From contig CAVTCR010000050.1 of the NCBI GenBank assembly GCA_963733195.1, forward strand, positions 96,001 through 160,000: a stretch of 64,000 nucleotides of DNA, in the 5' to 3' direction. Shown here piece by piece: positions 63,447 through 64,000 of the stretch; position 1 is the stretch's first letter, and each line of letters opens with the position of its first letter. This stretch comes from an uncultured delta proteobacterium (GTDB taxonomy: Bacteria > Desulfobacterota > Binatia > Bin18). The translations under genes and the position numbers were made by a program. Under the pieces are notes generated by a model that was not told where the DNA came from, did no database searches, and was given only the letters and a program-made list of their open reading frames with translations.

Positions 63447-63560
63447 CTAGTTCGCCGCCACCAGCACGGCGATCACGACAAGTGCAGCAATCATAAGCAC
63501 AAGGCCGAGGAGATCATTCCAGTCTTTGTCTAAAAAAAGATCGACAATCCACCAAAACAT
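63447..63560 (-). CDS. Small single-TM peptide, 37 aa (not in the ORF track)
   Basis: RBS GAGGAG; MFWWIVDLFLDKDWNDLLGLVLMIAALVVIAVLVAAN. Confidence 0.4.
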   Translation of the reverse strand: MFWWIVDLFLDKDWNDLLGLVLMIAALVVIAVLVAAN

Positions 63561-63654
63561 ACTGCCCTCCTCAATCCCCCTGCCACTGCCACAACGACTC
63601 GACATTTTGCCGCGTCCGACCGCAGGCGGTCGAGCGACTCTCTACCCCTTTTCT

Positions 63655-63948
63655 TCAAGGCAGCGAGGCAAGGATTTTGCGATATTCCTCTTCAGTAAAT
63701 GCACGCGAAGTCTCCGAACGGACGGTTCCTCGCATTCCGCTGGCGAGCGCGACTTTGGCCATGGTCTCGTCATTGGGCGCGTCAACAATCACAACGGCAT
63801 CATACTGCCCCATCATCAGGTAGAACCCTTTAATTTCCGCCCCCATCGCTTTATAGGATTGTTTCACGGCATCGAGTCGGGCCGCACCTTCTTTAATGTT
63901 CTCAATGCCCTTTTGCGTGAATCGAATAAGATGAATATAGCTAGGCAT
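63655..63948 (-). CDS. GYD domain protein
   Basis: FTQKG..NIK....R......GAEIK.FY..MGQYD.V...DAP.DE.......G.VRSET.RAF. Confidence 0.9.
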   Translation of the reverse strand: MPSYIHLIRFTQKGIENIKEGAARLDAVKQSYKAMGAEIKGFYLMMGQYDAVVIVDAPNDETMAKVALASGMRGTVRSETSRAFTEEEYRKILASLP

Positions 63949-64000
63949 GGGACTCCCTCCTTTACTGGGGCGCGGGCGTTTTGCCCACACGGTTAGAAAA

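Noticed and set aside
1-64000. Prophage, tRNA or rRNA genes
   Set aside because: No phage structural genes, integrase or recognisable tRNA/rRNA sequence was seen by eye

Overview
This is a bacterial chromosomal window of moderate-to-high GC. Its gene content (DUF1302 outer-membrane proteins, many CoA-dependent catabolic genes, wHTH- and cyclase-STAND-TPR regulators) suggests a Binatia/deltaproteobacterial-type genome, which is an inference. Many conserved genes carry single-base frameshifts, most likely long-read assembly errors. Core-like blocks are metF plus a core methionine synthase, an acyl-CoA carboxylase operon, thyX-dcd, an ispH-UbiA fusion, hemE-hemH-hemY and a type IIA topoisomerase pair in A-then-B order. 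The most striking item is an orphan 536-aa protein (9180-10790) that resembles Cas12m/type V-U1 TnpB-derived effectors along its length. It lacks all RuvC catalytic residues and the zinc finger, has no CRISPR array or transposase nearby, and sits directly behind one of two paralogous DUF1302 genes, so it is a candidate domesticated nuclease-dead RNA-guided regulator. The second theme is a dense population of small repeats: hairpin doublets around a DUF559 endonuclease, a Tn5-like IS inserted in one such hairpin, inverted heptamer arrays linked to a four-helix-bundle remnant, and GTAG/CGTC REPs. Several of these sit in-frame at equivalent loops of two different STAND proteins. Also present are a c-di-GMP-I riboswitch, a degenerate solo attC and a cluster of four paralogous small beta-rich proteins. 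All family calls come from motif recognition by eye; no searches were run.
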